DNA of 64,000 nt, from the NCBI GenBank assembly GCA_963665095.1, contig OY762069.1, positions 2,816,001-2,880,000 of the forward strand, read 5' to 3'. The notes beneath the pieces were generated by a model. It ran no database searches, was not told the DNA's origin, and worked only from the letters and a program-made list of their open reading frames with translations. Shown one piece after another: positions 50,770 to 60,724 of the stretch. The position numbers were made by a program, and so were the translations under genes. This DNA comes from an uncultured Desulfobacter sp. Lineage in GTDB: Bacteria > Desulfobacterota > Desulfobacteria > Desulfobacterales > Desulfobacteraceae. Every line of letters begins with the position of its first letter. Within the stretch, counting starts at the first letter, position 1.

Positions 50770-52529
50770 GCCCGTTGCGGCAGATCCTGGTCTTTGTCCG
50801 GCCCTATGGACGCCTGGCTGTTCTGAGTCTTGTCCTGCTCGTCGGCACCATTGCCATTGATCTGTCCATTCCCCGCCTGATCCAGCGGATAATTGACAGG
50901 GGTATCTCCATGCATGACGGGTCACTGGTCCTGCATACCGCGATTTTGATGATAGGATTATCCGTGCTTGGTGCCATTCTGGCCATTGGCAACAACTATT
51001 TCTCCGTCCGGGTGGGTGAAGGGGTGGCCGCAGACCTGCGGGACGCCCTTTTCACGAAGATTCAAAGTTTTTCCCACGCCAACCTGGACCGTTTCCCCAC
51101 AGGAGACCTCCTGGTCCGTCTCTCCTCGGACACCAACGCGGCCCAGCGCTGGGCCATGGTTACCTTGAGAATCGGCACCCGGGCACCGCTGCTTATGACC
51201 GGAAGTTTAATCCTGATGTTCAGGACCAATGCAGAACTGGCCGTCAAGGTCCTGCCCCTTCTGGCCGCCACCCTGGCCGTTACCTTCTGGTTCGGCCTGC
51301 GCATGGAGCCCTTTTTCGGCCGGGTTCAGAAACAGCTGGCCCGCCTCAACCAGGTGCTGCAGGAAAACATTGCCGGTGTCCGCCTGGTCAAGGCCTTTGC
51401 CCGGTCCGCCCACGAGGCCGGCAGGTTTGCCGCAGCCAACAACGCCCTGGCCCGCCTGACCGTCAAAGTAATGCGGTACATGGAGAGCATGGCCCCCACC
51501 CTGGGATTTATCATCGGCACCGGGGTGGTCCTGGTAATCTGGGCCGGGGGCTGCCAGGTGATCCGCAACGACCTGACCCTGGGGCAGATCGTGGCCTTCA
51601 GTAACTACATGCTGACCACTGTGACGCCCTTGATCATGATGGCCCGGCTCTCCAATGTCTGGGCCAGCGGCATGGCCTCCATGCGGCGCATCAACAAGGT
51701 GTTGGACGAAGTCCCTGACATTCAGGATATTGAAGCGGCCCAATCCCTTTCCTCTGATTCCAGGGGTGCCATCCGGTTTGAAAAGGTTGTCTTCACCTAC
51801 GGCAATGCAGCTGCACCCGTACTCAGGGGGATAGATCTTGACATTGAACCCGGCCGGATCACCGCCATTTTAGGGGCCACAGGCTCCGGCAAGTCCACCC
51901 TGGTCAACCTGATCCCCAGATTTTATGATCCATCCCAGGGCCGCATCCTCATGGACGGAACAGACCTGCGGCACCTCAACCGGAAGACCCTGCTTGGCCG
52001 GATCGGCGTGGTACCCCAGGAGACCATCCTTTTCTCCGGCTCCATTCTGGATAATCTGCGGCTGGGATGCGAAGACGCTTCAAAGGAAGACCTCATGGCC
52101 GCCGCCCGCATGGCCCAGGCCGAGGATTTTATCCTCCGCCTGCCCCAGGGGGCTGACAGCCGGGTGGAAGAACGGGGCGTCAACCTTTCCGGCGGCCAGA
52201 AACAGCGGCTGGCCATTGCCCGGGCCCTGGTCTCCCGGCCGGATATCCTGATCCTGGACGACAGCACCAGTGCCGTGGACATTGAAACCGAAGCCCGGAT
52301 CCATGCCGCCATTCAGGCGGGTCTGCCCCATACCACCCTTGTGATCGTGGCCCAGCGGATTACCACCGTTCTTAGGGCAGACCAGATCATTGTTCTGGAC
52401 CAGGGCCGGATCCAGGCCAGGGGAAAACATGCCCGGCTTCTGGCCCACAGCCCGGTCTATCGCGAAATATTTGAATCCCAGCTGGGACCGCTTTCCGGGG
52501 ACACCCCTGTTATGGGAGGCCTGTCATGA
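50766..52529 (+). CDS. Heterodimeric ABC exporter subunit 1 (TMD + degenerate NBD)
   Basis: GATGSGKS, LSGGQKQR, ILDDSTSAVD and AQR (non-canonical Walker B and switch). Confidence 0.94.
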   Translation: MSPLRQILVFVRPYGRLAVLSLVLLVGTIAIDLSIPRLIQRIIDRGISMHDGSLVLHTAILMIGLSVLGAILAIGNNYFSVRVGEGVAADLRDALFTKIQSFSHANLDRFPTGDLLVRLSSDTNAAQRWAMVTLRIGTRAPLLMTGSLILMFRTNAELAVKVLPLLAATLAVTFWFGLRMEPFFGRVQKQLARLNQVLQENIAGVRLVKAFARSAHEAGRFAAANNALARLTVKVMRYMESMAPTLGFIIGTGVVLVIWAGGCQVIRNDLTLGQIVAFSNYMLTTVTPLIMMARLSNVWASGMASMRRINKVLDEVPDIQDIEAAQSLSSDSRGAIRFEKVVFTYGNAAAPVLRGIDLDIEPGRITAILGATGSGKSTLVNLIPRFYDPSQGRILMDGTDLRHLNRKTLLGRIGVVPQETILFSGSILDNLRLGCEDASKEDLMAAARMAQAEDFILRLPQGADSRVEERGVNLSGGQKQRLAIARALVSRPDILILDDSTSAVDIETEARIHAAIQAGLPHTTLVIVAQRITTVLRADQIIVLDQGRIQARGKHARLLAHSPVYREIFESQLGPLSGDTPVMGGLS

Positions 52530-54361
52530 ATGTTCCCGGCATCCCAGGCGGCAAGCGGCTTGGCAGCGGCCCCGGTCACCAGCGGGTGGGCATGAAGGTT
52601 CCCATAGACGCGGCCCAAAACTCACGCCGGGCCATCCTGCGCCTGACAGGATATCTGCGCCCATTTGGCAAGCGGTTAAGCCTGACCATGGTGCTGGTGG
52701 TTCTCTACACGGGCTTAGGCCTTCTGGATCCCTACCTTATGGGGGTTGCCATTGACAGGTTTATTGTAAACGGGGATATCCCGGGCCTGACCCGGATTGC
52801 CCTTTTAATGCTGGCTGTTATCCTGGCCCACCATCTTTTCCAGGCAGCTGCCGGATGGATGATGGCCAAAATCTCCCAGGATGCACTTAAGACCCTGCGC
52901 CAGGATCTGTTCACCCATCTTTCATCCCTGCCCCTCTCCTTTTTTGACCGGCATCCGGCAGGGGAATTGATGAGCCGGCTGACCAACGATATCGACGCCA
53001 TCAACCAGGCGGTCTCCCAGAATGTGATTGCGCTGATGGCAAGCCTTTTGTCCCTGGCCGGCATTATTATTGCCATGTTTGTGCTCAACCCCTGGCTGGC
53101 GCTGTCCACCCTGCTGGTGGTCCCGGTTCTGCTGGGTACCACCCGGCTCATTGCCAAGTATACAAGGCAGCGGTTTCGAAACCTGCAAAAAAATCTGGGG
53201 CACCTCACCGGGGTGATGGAGGAGGCGGTGAGCGGACAGCGGGTGATGACGGCTTTCCAGGGCAGCGACAAAATAACGGACGCATTCCGGCAAAACAACC
53301 AGGCCGTGCGCAAAGCCGGAATCGCGGCCAACACCTATGCCCTGCTGCTCATGCCCCTGACATCAGTGCTGGGCAACTTCTTTGTCATTGTCCTGGCCGG
53401 GTTCGGGGGATGGCTGGCCCTGCGGAACCTTGCCACGGTGGGCACCATTGCCACCTTCATCAGCTATGGCCGCAACTTTGTCAATCCCCTGCGGCAGCTG
53501 ACCCATATCTACAACGGAATCCAGGCGGCCCTGGCTGGAGCCGAACGGGTCTTTGAAATCATCGACACCCCGCCCGAAACCAGAGACACCCCGGCCGCGC
53601 CTCCCCTGCCCCGACCTAAAGGAGAGGTCTTTTTTGACAAGGTCGGCTTCGGCTACATTGACAACAGCCCGGTGATCCGGGAAATGACCCTGCATGCCGC
53701 AGCCGGACAGACCATCGCCCTGGTGGGCCCCACCGGGGCAGGCAAGACCACAATGATCAACCTGCTGTCCCGGTTTTATGAAATCGACACCGGCACCATC
53801 TTCATTGACGGCACAGACATCCGGGACATCCCCAAACCAGACCTGCGCCGGCAGCTGGGCACCGTTCTCCAGGACAATTTTCTTTTTTCCGGCACCATCA
53901 TGGACAATATCCGGTACGGCCGCTTGAACGCGTCGGACCGGGAGTGCATGGCCGCGGCCCGGGCTGCCGGGGCAGACGCATTCATTGCAGGGCTTGCCCA
54001 AGGGTATGACACCCGGCTCCTTGAACGGGCCGCCAACCTCTCCCAGGGACAGCGGCAGATGCTGGCCATTGCCCGGGCCATTCTGGCAGACCCGGCCATT
54101 TTGATCCTGGACGAGGCCACAAGCTGTGTAGACACCCGCACGGAAATCCATATCCAGCGATCCCTGCGCCGCCTCACCGCCGGCCGGACCTGTTTCATCA
54201 TCGCCCACCGGCTCAGCACCGTGCGTGATGCAGATCTGGTCGCGTTCATCCAGGACGGCAGGATTGCCGAACAGGGCACCCACGACGAACTGCTCCGCCG
54301 CAAAGGGCTTTACCACCATCTATACCAGCATCAATACCAGGGGATTCCGGAAGGAATTTGA
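52526..54361 (+). CDS. Heterodimeric ABC exporter subunit 2 (TMD + NBD)
   Basis: GPTGAGKT, LSQGQRQ, ILDEATS, IAHRLST. Confidence 0.94.
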   Translation: MNVPGIPGGKRLGSGPGHQRVGMKVPIDAAQNSRRAILRLTGYLRPFGKRLSLTMVLVVLYTGLGLLDPYLMGVAIDRFIVNGDIPGLTRIALLMLAVILAHHLFQAAAGWMMAKISQDALKTLRQDLFTHLSSLPLSFFDRHPAGELMSRLTNDIDAINQAVSQNVIALMASLLSLAGIIIAMFVLNPWLALSTLLVVPVLLGTTRLIAKYTRQRFRNLQKNLGHLTGVMEEAVSGQRVMTAFQGSDKITDAFRQNNQAVRKAGIAANTYALLLMPLTSVLGNFFVIVLAGFGGWLALRNLATVGTIATFISYGRNFVNPLRQLTHIYNGIQAALAGAERVFEIIDTPPETRDTPAAPPLPRPKGEVFFDKVGFGYIDNSPVIREMTLHAAAGQTIALVGPTGAGKTTMINLLSRFYEIDTGTIFIDGTDIRDIPKPDLRRQLGTVLQDNFLFSGTIMDNIRYGRLNASDRECMAAARAAGADAFIAGLAQGYDTRLLERAANLSQGQRQMLAIARAILADPAILILDEATSCVDTRTEIHIQRSLRRLTAGRTCFIIAHRLSTVRDADLVAFIQDGRIAEQGTHDELLRRKGLYHHLYQHQYQGIPEGI

Positions 54362-54493
54362 CCGGCACCCCCTACCTCCCCTATTCCCCCAATTCTTGGG
54401 CGAACAATATCAACAATCAGCGTTTTAGAAACTTATCTTTTAATTTCAATATGATATAGAAAAATAATAATTTTTTACAAAATCTTCTTGACC

Positions 54494-54544
54494 CTAATAC
54501 ATACTTTTAATATATACCTTTTATATATTAAAAGTATGTATTAG
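54494..54544. promoter_or_regulatory. Perfect 23-bp inverted repeat over the padR promoter (probable operator)
   Basis: CTAATACATACTTTTAATATATA-CCTTT-TATATATTAAAAGTATGTATTAG, immediately after TTGACC (54488-54493). Confidence 0.8.
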
Positions 54545-54582
54545 CACGGGAGAAAATTCCCGTCACTTTCAGGAGTTCAACC

Positions 54583-55107
54583 ATGTCATTGAAATACGCG
54601 ATTCTGGGGCTGCTGCACTATGAAGAGATGCACGGGTACCGGATCAAGGAACATATTGAAAAAAATTTCGGCCATATGTGGTCCATCAACTTCGGACAGA
54701 TCTATCCCAATTTAAAAAAACTGGAGCAGGAGGGCCTGGTCTCCATGGGGAAATCGGTTCAGAACGGCCAGAAAGGACCGCCAAAAAAATTATACTCCCT
54801 TACGGACAAGGGCCGTGAGGCATTCACCGACTGGCTGTCGGAGTCGCCGGAAAAAAGTATGCTGCTTCGCGATCCTTTTTTAATGCGGTTTGTGTTTTTC
54901 GGATTCGGGGATAAAGAGCGGGCCCTTGAGCTGCTGGACGACCAGATCCGGTCCTGGGAGACCCAGCTCACCGTCCGATTGAAGAACCAGGGAAAATGGC
55001 ACGCCAAAGATATCTTTGTCACCCAGGTGGCGGATTTGGGCGTCCAGATGAACGAAATGTTTCTTAATTGGCTGAAAGCAACAAAGGAGAAGCTCGAAAA
55101 CTCCTGA
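54583..55107 (+). CDS. PadR-family regulator (AphA/PadR type with C-terminal domain)
   Basis: MSLKYAILGLL..MHGY.IK..W....GQIYPNL..KKLYSLTDKGREAF..WL. Confidence 0.95.
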   Translation: MSLKYAILGLLHYEEMHGYRIKEHIEKNFGHMWSINFGQIYPNLKKLEQEGLVSMGKSVQNGQKGPPKKLYSLTDKGREAFTDWLSESPEKSMLLRDPFLMRFVFFGFGDKERALELLDDQIRSWETQLTVRLKNQGKWHAKDIFVTQVADLGVQMNEMFLNWLKATKEKLENS

Positions 55108-55127
55108 ACAGAACATTATTGAAATTC

Positions 55128-55243
55128 GTGTTTGAGTGGAAACCTGGCCCGGATGCAAGGCGCGGGAAATCTGCAACCGCATGGTTGTGAGGACCGCAAA
55201 TTTTTCTGCAACGAGGCAGGCGGGTAAGTTGCCGCGCAAACAC
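55128..55243. repeat. Palindromic MITE family copy B (diverged)
   Basis: GTGTTTGAGTGG...CCCGGATGCAAGGCGC...GCAACGAGGCAGGCGGGT...GCAAACAC. Confidence 0.75.
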
Positions 55244-55255
55244 CAGGGAGGGGGC

Positions 55256-56254
55256 ATGGCATACACAGGTATCTCGCTGGTAACCGGCGCTGCAGGTTTC
55301 ATGGGCAGCCATGTGGTGGAACTTCTGGCCCGTAAGGGTGTCCGGGTGCGGGCTACGGCCCGGCCGGGAAAAGACCTCTCCTTTTTTAATTCGTTAGGGG
55401 TTGAGTTTGTGGGCGCAGACCTTAAAGACCCGTCAAGCCTGAAGCCCCTGTTTGACGGCGATGTGGACCGGGTGTTTCATCTCGGGGCCGTCTGCAACTT
55501 CTCCACCCCTTACAAGGAGCTCTATCCTGTCAATGTCAAGGGTGTGGATGCCATCACCGCCCTGGCCCTGGAAAAGGGGGTGAAAAAATTCATCCATGTC
55601 ACCTCCACCAGCGTGTACGGCTATTACAACGGCACCCCCTACCGCGAAGACGATGAGCGCCACCCGGAAAACGACTACGGACGATCCAAGCGGGACGGGG
55701 AGGATATCGTGTTCGGCCGTATGAAAGAGGGGCTTCCCGCCGTCATTGTCCGGCCATGCACGGTATACGGCCCAAGGTGCACGGACGGGGCCGGCAAAGC
55801 CTTTTCCAGGCCTACTGCCATCTCTGCCATCCCCGGTTCCGGACGCCAGCGCCTCTCCAATATCCGGGCCGAGGACGTGGCCCGGGCCCTTTATTATCTG
55901 TCGGAAAAAGAGGAATGCACCGGCCAGGTCTTCAATATTGCAGAAGAGACCAATCCCACCCTGGCTGAAGCCCTCACCCTGGCCGCCCGGATCTACGGGA
56001 CAACCCCGCCAAAACTTCATCTGCCTTTATTTCTGGTCAAGTTCATTGCCAGGCTATCCGGAATGGCCGCAGGCAACCGCATTCCGGATCTCGAGTACGA
56101 GGCCGTCAGATATCTTTACTACGACTATATCGTGGACAATACCCGGCTTGCGCAGACTGGTTTTAAACTCAAATACCCGGAGTTTGAAGCTTCCATGCAG
56201 CAGCTGGCAGAAACCTATAATCAGGCGGAACAGCTTTTATCCACTAAAAAATAA
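55256..56254 (+). CDS. Extended SDR / NAD-dependent epimerase-dehydratase (3beta-HSD-like fold)
   Basis: VTGAAGFMG, HLGA, STSVYG, YGRSK, RPCTVYGP. Start at ATG 55256 after a GGAGG RBS. Confidence 0.9.
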   Translation: MAYTGISLVTGAAGFMGSHVVELLARKGVRVRATARPGKDLSFFNSLGVEFVGADLKDPSSLKPLFDGDVDRVFHLGAVCNFSTPYKELYPVNVKGVDAITALALEKGVKKFIHVTSTSVYGYYNGTPYREDDERHPENDYGRSKRDGEDIVFGRMKEGLPAVIVRPCTVYGPRCTDGAGKAFSRPTAISAIPGSGRQRLSNIRAEDVARALYYLSEKEECTGQVFNIAEETNPTLAEALTLAARIYGTTPPKLHLPLFLVKFIARLSGMAAGNRIPDLEYEAVRYLYYDYIVDNTRLAQTGFKLKYPEFEASMQQLAETYNQAEQLLSTKK

Positions 56255-56266
56255 AGGAGGCCGATC

Positions 56267-57094
56267 ATGAATCAGGTGGTTGTCATCACGGGCCTGGCCC
56301 AGGGAATGGGCCGGCATGTGGCCAAAATGCTGGCCAGGTCCGGAGACAGTATTGCAGGATTTGACATGAGCAAGGAGGATCTGGACACCTTGGGCCAGGA
56401 ACTGACTGCGCTTGGGGCCAAGCACTATCTCACGCCTTTGAATATCCTGGATCGTGAGGGGGTCAAAAAATTCGGAGACGAGGTCATGGCGCGGTTCGGC
56501 CGGGTGGATACGGTTCTCTCCAACATCGGTATCGGTTTTTTCGGCCCCTTTGAGGAGGTGGACCTGGACAAGGCTGCCCGGTGCATCGAGATCAATGTCA
56601 TGGGCACGGCTGCCGTATTCCAGTATTTCATCCCTGTTATGCGCAAACAGCGCAAAGGTAAAATTATTGCCATGTCCTCCCTGGTGGGCCAGGTGCCTTT
56701 CCCCTTTGAGTCCATCTACACGGCCACCAAATTCGCCATTGAAGGCCTGGTCCAGGCCATCCGCCTGGAAGTAAAACCCTTTGGCATTGAAGTGGCGCTC
56801 ATTGAACCGGCCCAGGTCTCCACCACCTTTGCCGCCAAAATTCATACGCTGCCGCCCGAAGGCTCAGTCTACCGGGACCGGGCCGCCCGCTTCATTGAGC
56901 GGGACAACGAACTGATCAAAACCGCCACCACGCCCGAGGCGGCAGCCAGACGGATTTACAAGGTGCTTAAAACCGGAAAACCCAAGGTGCATAACCAGGT
57001 GGATTTCATGAGTACCTTTTTTCTGTTTCTCAACAGGTACCTGCCCGGTGCCGTGCGGGACAAGATCCTGCTCAACCATATGAACATAAAATAG
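56267..57094 (+). CDS. Classical SDR oxidoreductase
   Basis: ITGLAQGMG, MSS, YTATK, LEVKPFGIEVALIEP. Confidence 0.93.
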   Translation: MNQVVVITGLAQGMGRHVAKMLARSGDSIAGFDMSKEDLDTLGQELTALGAKHYLTPLNILDREGVKKFGDEVMARFGRVDTVLSNIGIGFFGPFEEVDLDKAARCIEINVMGTAAVFQYFIPVMRKQRKGKIIAMSSLVGQVPFPFESIYTATKFAIEGLVQAIRLEVKPFGIEVALIEPAQVSTTFAAKIHTLPPEGSVYRDRAARFIERDNELIKTATTPEAAARRIYKVLKTGKPKVHNQVDFMSTFFLFLNRYLPGAVRDKILLNHMNIK

Positions 57095-57274
57095 TGTTTG
57101 AACGCAAAGTCACCCACCTGCGGCGTTGCTGTACAAATCTGCCAAATCATATAATCGGGCCTCACGTACTGAAGTACGCTTAAGGTTTTAGCTTTGCTTG
57201 CGCCTTGCATCTGGGCAACTTTGCGTCCAAACACCTTGGCATAGTCCAAATATGAGGTTTTTGTTCAGACACTA
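57092..57274. repeat. Palindromic MITE family copy C (most complete), TA-flanked
   Basis: Outer IR TAGTGTTTGAAC / GTTCAGACACTA. Inner 28-bp IR (23/28) spanning 57094-57234. Central CGTACT-GA-AGTACG. Confidence 0.88.
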
Positions 57275-57374
57275 AAATAGGTCAAAGGCAATGGCCCGGA
57301 TATTTCAGGGGCCGTGTCTTTTCCCAAGAGGACCATCCGGGGCAGCTTTCTGCCCATAACCAAAGGAGGTTTCC

Positions 57375-59741
57375 ATGACGGTGTTACCTGTTCCCACCCC
57401 CAGGGTGGCCCGCCTGCGGGAGCGCATCATCAATGCCCCCCAGGAGGTCTGCGTTGAGCGGGCCTGCCAAATCACCCGGTCCATGAAGAAAAACTGGGAT
57501 GCCCATCCCCTGATGCGCATGGCCCAGGCCCTTTTTGACATTCTTACAAACATCTCGGTGATCATCCGGGAAGATGAAGTGATCGTGGGGTGCCGGACGT
57601 CCAAGCTCAAAGGCGCGCCGCTGTTTCCGGAGAACAAGAACCGCTGGATTGAAGGGGATGTGGATAATTTTGACCGCCGCCTGGTCCAGCGCGCCCTGAT
57701 CACGGCAGAAGAAAAGGCCCGGATCAAGGAGGAAGTACTGCCCTTCTGGCAGGGCAAATCTGTGGAGGACCTGTTTGAGGCCCGCCTGGACGAGAGCGTG
57801 GCCCAGGACATGGACAAGTATATTTTCACCTTTATGCTTGAGATCACCTACGGCATCGGGCACTTTACCATGGACCATTCCCAGGTGCTGAAACTGGGGC
57901 TTTCCGGCCTGATCGGCATGGCCCGGGAAAAATACGCAGCACTTTCCGAAGAAGAGCAGGCAGGCGAAAAAGGCATCTTTTATAATGCAGTGATTCTCTC
58001 TCTCCAGGGGGCCATCGCCTTTGCCCGGCGGTATGCGGTCAAGGCTGAAGAACTTGCGGAACAGGAGACAGACCCCGCACGAAAACAGGAGCTGCTGGAG
58101 ATGGCCCAGGTCTGCGCAAGGGTCCCGGAACACCCGGCCACAACCTTTCACGAGGCGGTCCAGTGCGTCTACTTCATCCATCTGGTGACCCAGATCGAAA
58201 CCGGGGGAAATTCTGTTTCTTTAGGCCGTATAGACCAGATCCTGGCCCCTTATTACGAGGCAGACCTCAAGGCCTCACGCACCAGCCCGGCCAAGGCCAG
58301 GGAACTTTGCGCCCTGCTTTTCCTGAAGATGAACGAGATCTGGAACGTACTGGAGGAGGCTTATATCCCGGGCGGTGAAGGCACGGAAGGCAAGACCACC
58401 CAGAATATTACCGTGGGCGGCTTCACCCGGGACGGCAAAGACGGCACCTGTGACCTGAGCCACATCATCCTGGACGCCTATGCCGGCATTCGCACGGTTC
58501 AGCCCAACTTCGGGGTGCGCCTTTACCCGGACGGTCCCCATGATCTGTTTCAAAAGGCGGCCCAGTACTGCAAAGACGGGGTGGTCCTGCACTTTTTCAA
58601 TGATCCCGCAATCGTCAACACCCTTGTCAATGCCGGCCACACCCTGGAAGATGCCCGGGATTACGGGGTGGTGGGGTGCCTGGAACCCAATGCCCAGGGC
58701 AAGAGTTTCGGCTCCACCTTTGCCGTGCAGTTCAACCTGCTCAAATGCCTGGAGTTTGCCCTGAGCAACGGGGTGGACAATATTTTCGGGTATGTCTCCG
58801 GCCTTGAGACCGGGGACCCGGCTGATTTCACGGACATGGACCAGGTGTTTGACGCCTACCACACCCAGGTCTCCCACTACATCGGTCAGATGGTCAAAGG
58901 CATCACCTGCCTGGATGAGACCATTGCGGAAATGCTGCCCTCACCCTTTGCCTCGGCCATGATCCAGGGCCCCATGGACAAGGGGATGGACCTGACCCGG
59001 GGAGGGGCTGTGTACAACTCCACAGGGGTTCAGTTCATGGGCTTTTCCAATGTGGCGGACAGTCTTTATGCCATCCAGGAGACCGTGTTCAACAAGGACA
59101 AATTCACCCTGGAAGAGATCTCAGAATGGCTGGCCGACGACTGGATGGATGCCGAAAACAAGCAGGCCTGGCTGCTGTCGTCGGTTCCAAAATACGGCAA
59201 CGACCATGACGACGCCGATGCCATGGCAGCCCGGGTGGTCAATCATTTGTGCGATGTGCTGGCTCCCCACCAAAACTATAGAAAAGGAGCGTTCTGGCCG
59301 GGCATTTTTTCCGTGGGATTCCACATCACCATGGGCGCCTTCACCGGTGCCTCCCCGGACGGCCGCTGGGCAGGCGACATCCTTGGCAACGGCATTACGC
59401 CCTCCAACGGCGTCACCTTTGAAGGTCCTACGGCCGTAATGAACTCCGTGACCAAGATGCCTCTGGAGCGGATCTTCAACGGGGCCAATCTCAACATGCG
59501 GTTCCAGGGCAAGACCGTGGCCACGGATTTGTTTGCAGCCCTCATTCAGGCCTATTTCCAAAAGGGCGGGGCCCAGGTCCAGTTCAACATGGTGGACAAA
59601 GAGACCCTGCTCGATGCCCAGGCGCATCCTGAAAAATACGCGGACCTTGTGGTGCGTATCTCCGGGTATTCGGCCCTTTTCACCAAGCTAAGTGACATAG
59701 CACAAGATGAAATCATCAACCGTACGGAATTCGGATTGTAA
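57375..59741 (+). CDS. Glycyl radical enzyme of unassigned class (eliminase/PFL2-like)
   Basis: 788 aa, SLGRIDQ, Cys loop VVGCLEP, QVQFN, glycyl loop LVVRISGYSALF. Confidence 0.95.
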   Translation: MTVLPVPTPRVARLRERIINAPQEVCVERACQITRSMKKNWDAHPLMRMAQALFDILTNISVIIREDEVIVGCRTSKLKGAPLFPENKNRWIEGDVDNFDRRLVQRALITAEEKARIKEEVLPFWQGKSVEDLFEARLDESVAQDMDKYIFTFMLEITYGIGHFTMDHSQVLKLGLSGLIGMAREKYAALSEEEQAGEKGIFYNAVILSLQGAIAFARRYAVKAEELAEQETDPARKQELLEMAQVCARVPEHPATTFHEAVQCVYFIHLVTQIETGGNSVSLGRIDQILAPYYEADLKASRTSPAKARELCALLFLKMNEIWNVLEEAYIPGGEGTEGKTTQNITVGGFTRDGKDGTCDLSHIILDAYAGIRTVQPNFGVRLYPDGPHDLFQKAAQYCKDGVVLHFFNDPAIVNTLVNAGHTLEDARDYGVVGCLEPNAQGKSFGSTFAVQFNLLKCLEFALSNGVDNIFGYVSGLETGDPADFTDMDQVFDAYHTQVSHYIGQMVKGITCLDETIAEMLPSPFASAMIQGPMDKGMDLTRGGAVYNSTGVQFMGFSNVADSLYAIQETVFNKDKFTLEEISEWLADDWMDAENKQAWLLSSVPKYGNDHDDADAMAARVVNHLCDVLAPHQNYRKGAFWPGIFSVGFHITMGAFTGASPDGRWAGDILGNGITPSNGVTFEGPTAVMNSVTKMPLERIFNGANLNMRFQGKTVATDLFAALIQAYFQKGGAQVQFNMVDKETLLDAQAHPEKYADLVVRISGYSALFTKLSDIAQDEIINRTEFGL

Positions 59742-59764
59742 TTTTATATAGACGAGGAAAAAAC

Positions 59765-60700
59765 ATGAACAAAGTTGTTACTATGAAAGAAGCTGTGGCA
59801 TCCCACATCAAGGATGGGGATCTGCTGTTCATTGGCGGGTATGTCTGCAGGACTCCCTTTTCCGCAGTCCACGAGATCATCCGCCAGAAACGCCGTGATC
59901 TGACCCTTGTCCGCAGTAATGCGGCGGATGATTTTGACATGCTCATCGGAGCGGGCTGCGTCTCCCGGTTTATCTCCACCTTCCTCTCCCTTGGAATCTA
60001 CGGCCTTGGGCGCTGCTACCGCCGCTCCCTGGAAAAGGGGATCCCCCATAAAATAGAGATCGAGGAGTACACCAACCTGTCGCTGCCCATGATGCTCATG
60101 GCAGGGGCCATGGGCCTGCCCTTTGTGCCGGTGCGGGACATGGCAGGCTCCGACCTGCTCAATTTCTCCTCCTTTATGGGTGAAAACAAGTACAAGCTCA
60201 TGAACAACCCTTTTGACGGCAGCCCCACCGTGGTGGTGCCGGCCCTGAACCCGGATGTGGCCGTAATCCATGTCCAGCAGGCGGACGAATCCGGCAACGC
60301 CCAGATGTGGGGCATTGGCGGGGACTGCATGTACGGGGCCAATGCCGCCAAAAAGGTGATCGTCTCCTGCGAACGCCTTGTCTCCCGGGAGACCATCGGC
60401 AAAGATCCGTCCCGCACCATCATAGCCGGCTCCCGGGTGGCGGCCGTGGTGGAGGAGCCCTTTGGTGCCCATCCCGGATACACCCCGGGATTCTATGACA
60501 CGGATTTCTCTTTTGGCTATGTCTACCAGCAGGCGTCGGGCTCCGAGGAGACCTTCCAGGCCTTTCTGGACGAGTGGATATTCGGTCTTGAGGACCGGAA
60601 AGCCTATACCCAGCACTATATCAAAAAATTCGGGTATGAGGCGTTCCACAAGCTGGGTGCAGGATTCGATTACAGCTTTCCTGTGAGCTATGCCTACTGA
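59765..60700 (+). CDS. CoA-transferase alpha subunit (glutaconate CoA-transferase GctA-like)
   Basis: IGG..RTPFSAVHEIIRQ, DMLIGAG, AGAMGLPF, PALNPDVAVIHVQQADESGN, PFGAHP. Confidence 0.92.
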   Translation: MNKVVTMKEAVASHIKDGDLLFIGGYVCRTPFSAVHEIIRQKRRDLTLVRSNAADDFDMLIGAGCVSRFISTFLSLGIYGLGRCYRRSLEKGIPHKIEIEEYTNLSLPMMLMAGAMGLPFVPVRDMAGSDLLNFSSFMGENKYKLMNNPFDGSPTVVVPALNPDVAVIHVQQADESGNAQMWGIGGDCMYGANAAKKVIVSCERLVSRETIGKDPSRTIIAGSRVAAVVEEPFGAHPGYTPGFYDTDFSFGYVYQQASGSEETFQAFLDEWIFGLEDRKAYTQHYIKKFGYEAFHKLGAGFDYSFPVSYAY

Positions 60701-60724
60701 TTCTTACCCCATAAGGAGGGAAAT

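Noticed and set aside
55136..55255. N-terminal extension of the epimerase ORF in the ORF track
   Set aside because: It is read-through of the MITE copy. The RBS and Rossmann motif point to ATG 55256.
57375..59741. Calling the GRE pyruvate formate-lyase (pflB) or a benzyl/alkylsuccinate synthase
   Set aside because: It lacks PFL's adjacent Cys-Cys pair. Its C-L-E loop is unlike fumarate-adding enzymes, and no small Fe-S subunit genes are present.
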